From an uncultured delta proteobacterium (GTDB taxonomy: Bacteria > Desulfobacterota > Desulfomonilia > UBA1062): a stretch of DNA of 64,000 nucleotides. The notes under the pieces are model-generated. The model saw only the letters and a list, made by a program, of their open reading frames with translations. It had not been told where the DNA came from and ran no database searches. This document shows positions 63,191 to 64,000 of the stretch, piece by piece. The stretch covers positions 160,001 to 224,000 of the forward strand of contig CAWCTR010000004.1 of the NCBI GenBank assembly GCA_963798485.1, in the 5' to 3' direction. The translations under genes were made by a program, and so were the position numbers. How positions within the stretch are numbered: the stretch's first letter is position 1; each line of letters starts with the position of its first letter.

Positions 63191-63497
63191 AGACTTTTCC
63201 TTAAGCGTTTTTTTAAAAAAGCGGATAAGCCAAATCCGAGATTGCTTATTGTAAGCCTATTTCAAGCGGGTCGTCCTAAATCTTTACTCCGGTGATGCCT
63301 CTTTTATAGGCATGCTTGGCAGGTATCCGTCAATGAGAGGATTGAACTCTGCTATTGGGCTGATTTTACGATTCCTGGGGATGGAGAATAATAGTGATAA
63401 TGGATTTCATAATATCTTCTTTTGTGTTTTTAATACCCCAAATAAGCAATTGATAAAGCTTTAGCGTGAGAAATCATACCCAATGCTCATAGTACAC

Positions 63498-64000
63498 TTA
63501 CAGCAGGATTCTTAAGATATGCGCCAGACCACCGGCAATAACGAGAGCCACAGTCGTGTTCAACGCTATTGAATACAGGGCGACCTTCCATCCACCTTCT
63601 TTCCAGAGTGTGGAGATAGTTGCTATGCACGGGATATACAGAACTGTAAATACCACAAGCACGAGGATCTGAACGTGTGTAAGGACAGATCCGACATCCG
63701 ATGTTCCAAGAGCCTGGTTGAGCATCACAAGCGTGAGCTCTTTCCTGAAGATGCCAAGAAACAGGGTAATGCCTGTCTGGCTGGGAAGCTTCAGGATGCC
63801 TGAAGTCAGGGGCGCGAGCATGCTGTTCACTATCCTGTCGATCCCAACATGGTTAAGGAATGCAAGAGCTAAGCTCGAAATAACGATCACCGGCCATGCG
63901 AACATGAGGAACTCCCGCAGCCTCCACCACACCTTATTTGCGACAAGGTGCAGATATGGCTTTCTGAGGGGAGGCACATCCATTATGATGCCCGGAGCCA
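63498..64000 (-). CDS. feoB: Ferrous iron transporter FeoB, C-terminal part
   Basis: IMDVPPLRKP, GIFRKE and LYIPCIAT motifs; runs off the window. Confidence 0.85.
   Translation of the reverse strand, partial: APGIIMDVPPLRKPYLHLVANKVWWRLREFLMFAWPVIVISSLALAFLNHVGIDRIVNSMLAPLTSGILKLPSQTGITLFLGIFRKELTLVMLNQALGTSDVGSVLTHVQILVLVVFTVLYIPCIATISTLWKEGGWKVALYSIALNTTVALVIAGGLAHILRILL

Larger units (their letters stand above)
49120..64000. mobile_element. Integrative mobilizable element at tRNA-Cys (right boundary not seen)
   Basis: att copy, integrase, xis, ardC, mobC/traD, oriT and traA; no T4SS genes in the window. Inclusion of genes beyond 59.3 kb is inferred. Confidence 0.8.

Overview
The window looks like bacterial chromosome; the gene repertoire suggests an anaerobic deltaproteobacterium, but that is inference. 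About 13 kb of core-like DNA (36.1-49.1 kb) holds tRNA-Glu, tRNA-Gln, a eukaryote-type PFK-2/FBPase-2, REC-TPR, omptin, PAS kinase, NikMNQO/porin/NikR and an MCP. It appears to sit between two sister integrative mobilizable elements. The right element starts at a 50-bp tRNA-Cys 3' att copy and carries integrase, xis, vapBC, DUF2958, ardC, HU, mobC/traD, a MOBQ oriT, traA and metal/cell-wall cargo. The left element runs from before base 1 (traA paralogue) to tRNA-Glu. It carries cell-envelope genes, a deleted group II intron, IS3, IS630, IS4, two TA pairs, HU and a redox cluster (arsS remnant, MerA-like reductase, msrAB, perR, katG). Two UGA-readthrough selenoproteins are missing from the ORF track. 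One is a known-type Sec-peroxiredoxin (33000-33719). The other is a small exported protein with a VA-U-YDVG motif and SECIS-like hairpin (28181-28489) that I cannot assign to a named family. Non-coding DNA contains three copies of a structured leader before xis, DUF2958 and ardC, plus dispersed repeats and res-like palindromes at cargo junctions. Several single-base frameshifts could be decay or assembly error. All family calls come from motif recognition only; no searches were run.
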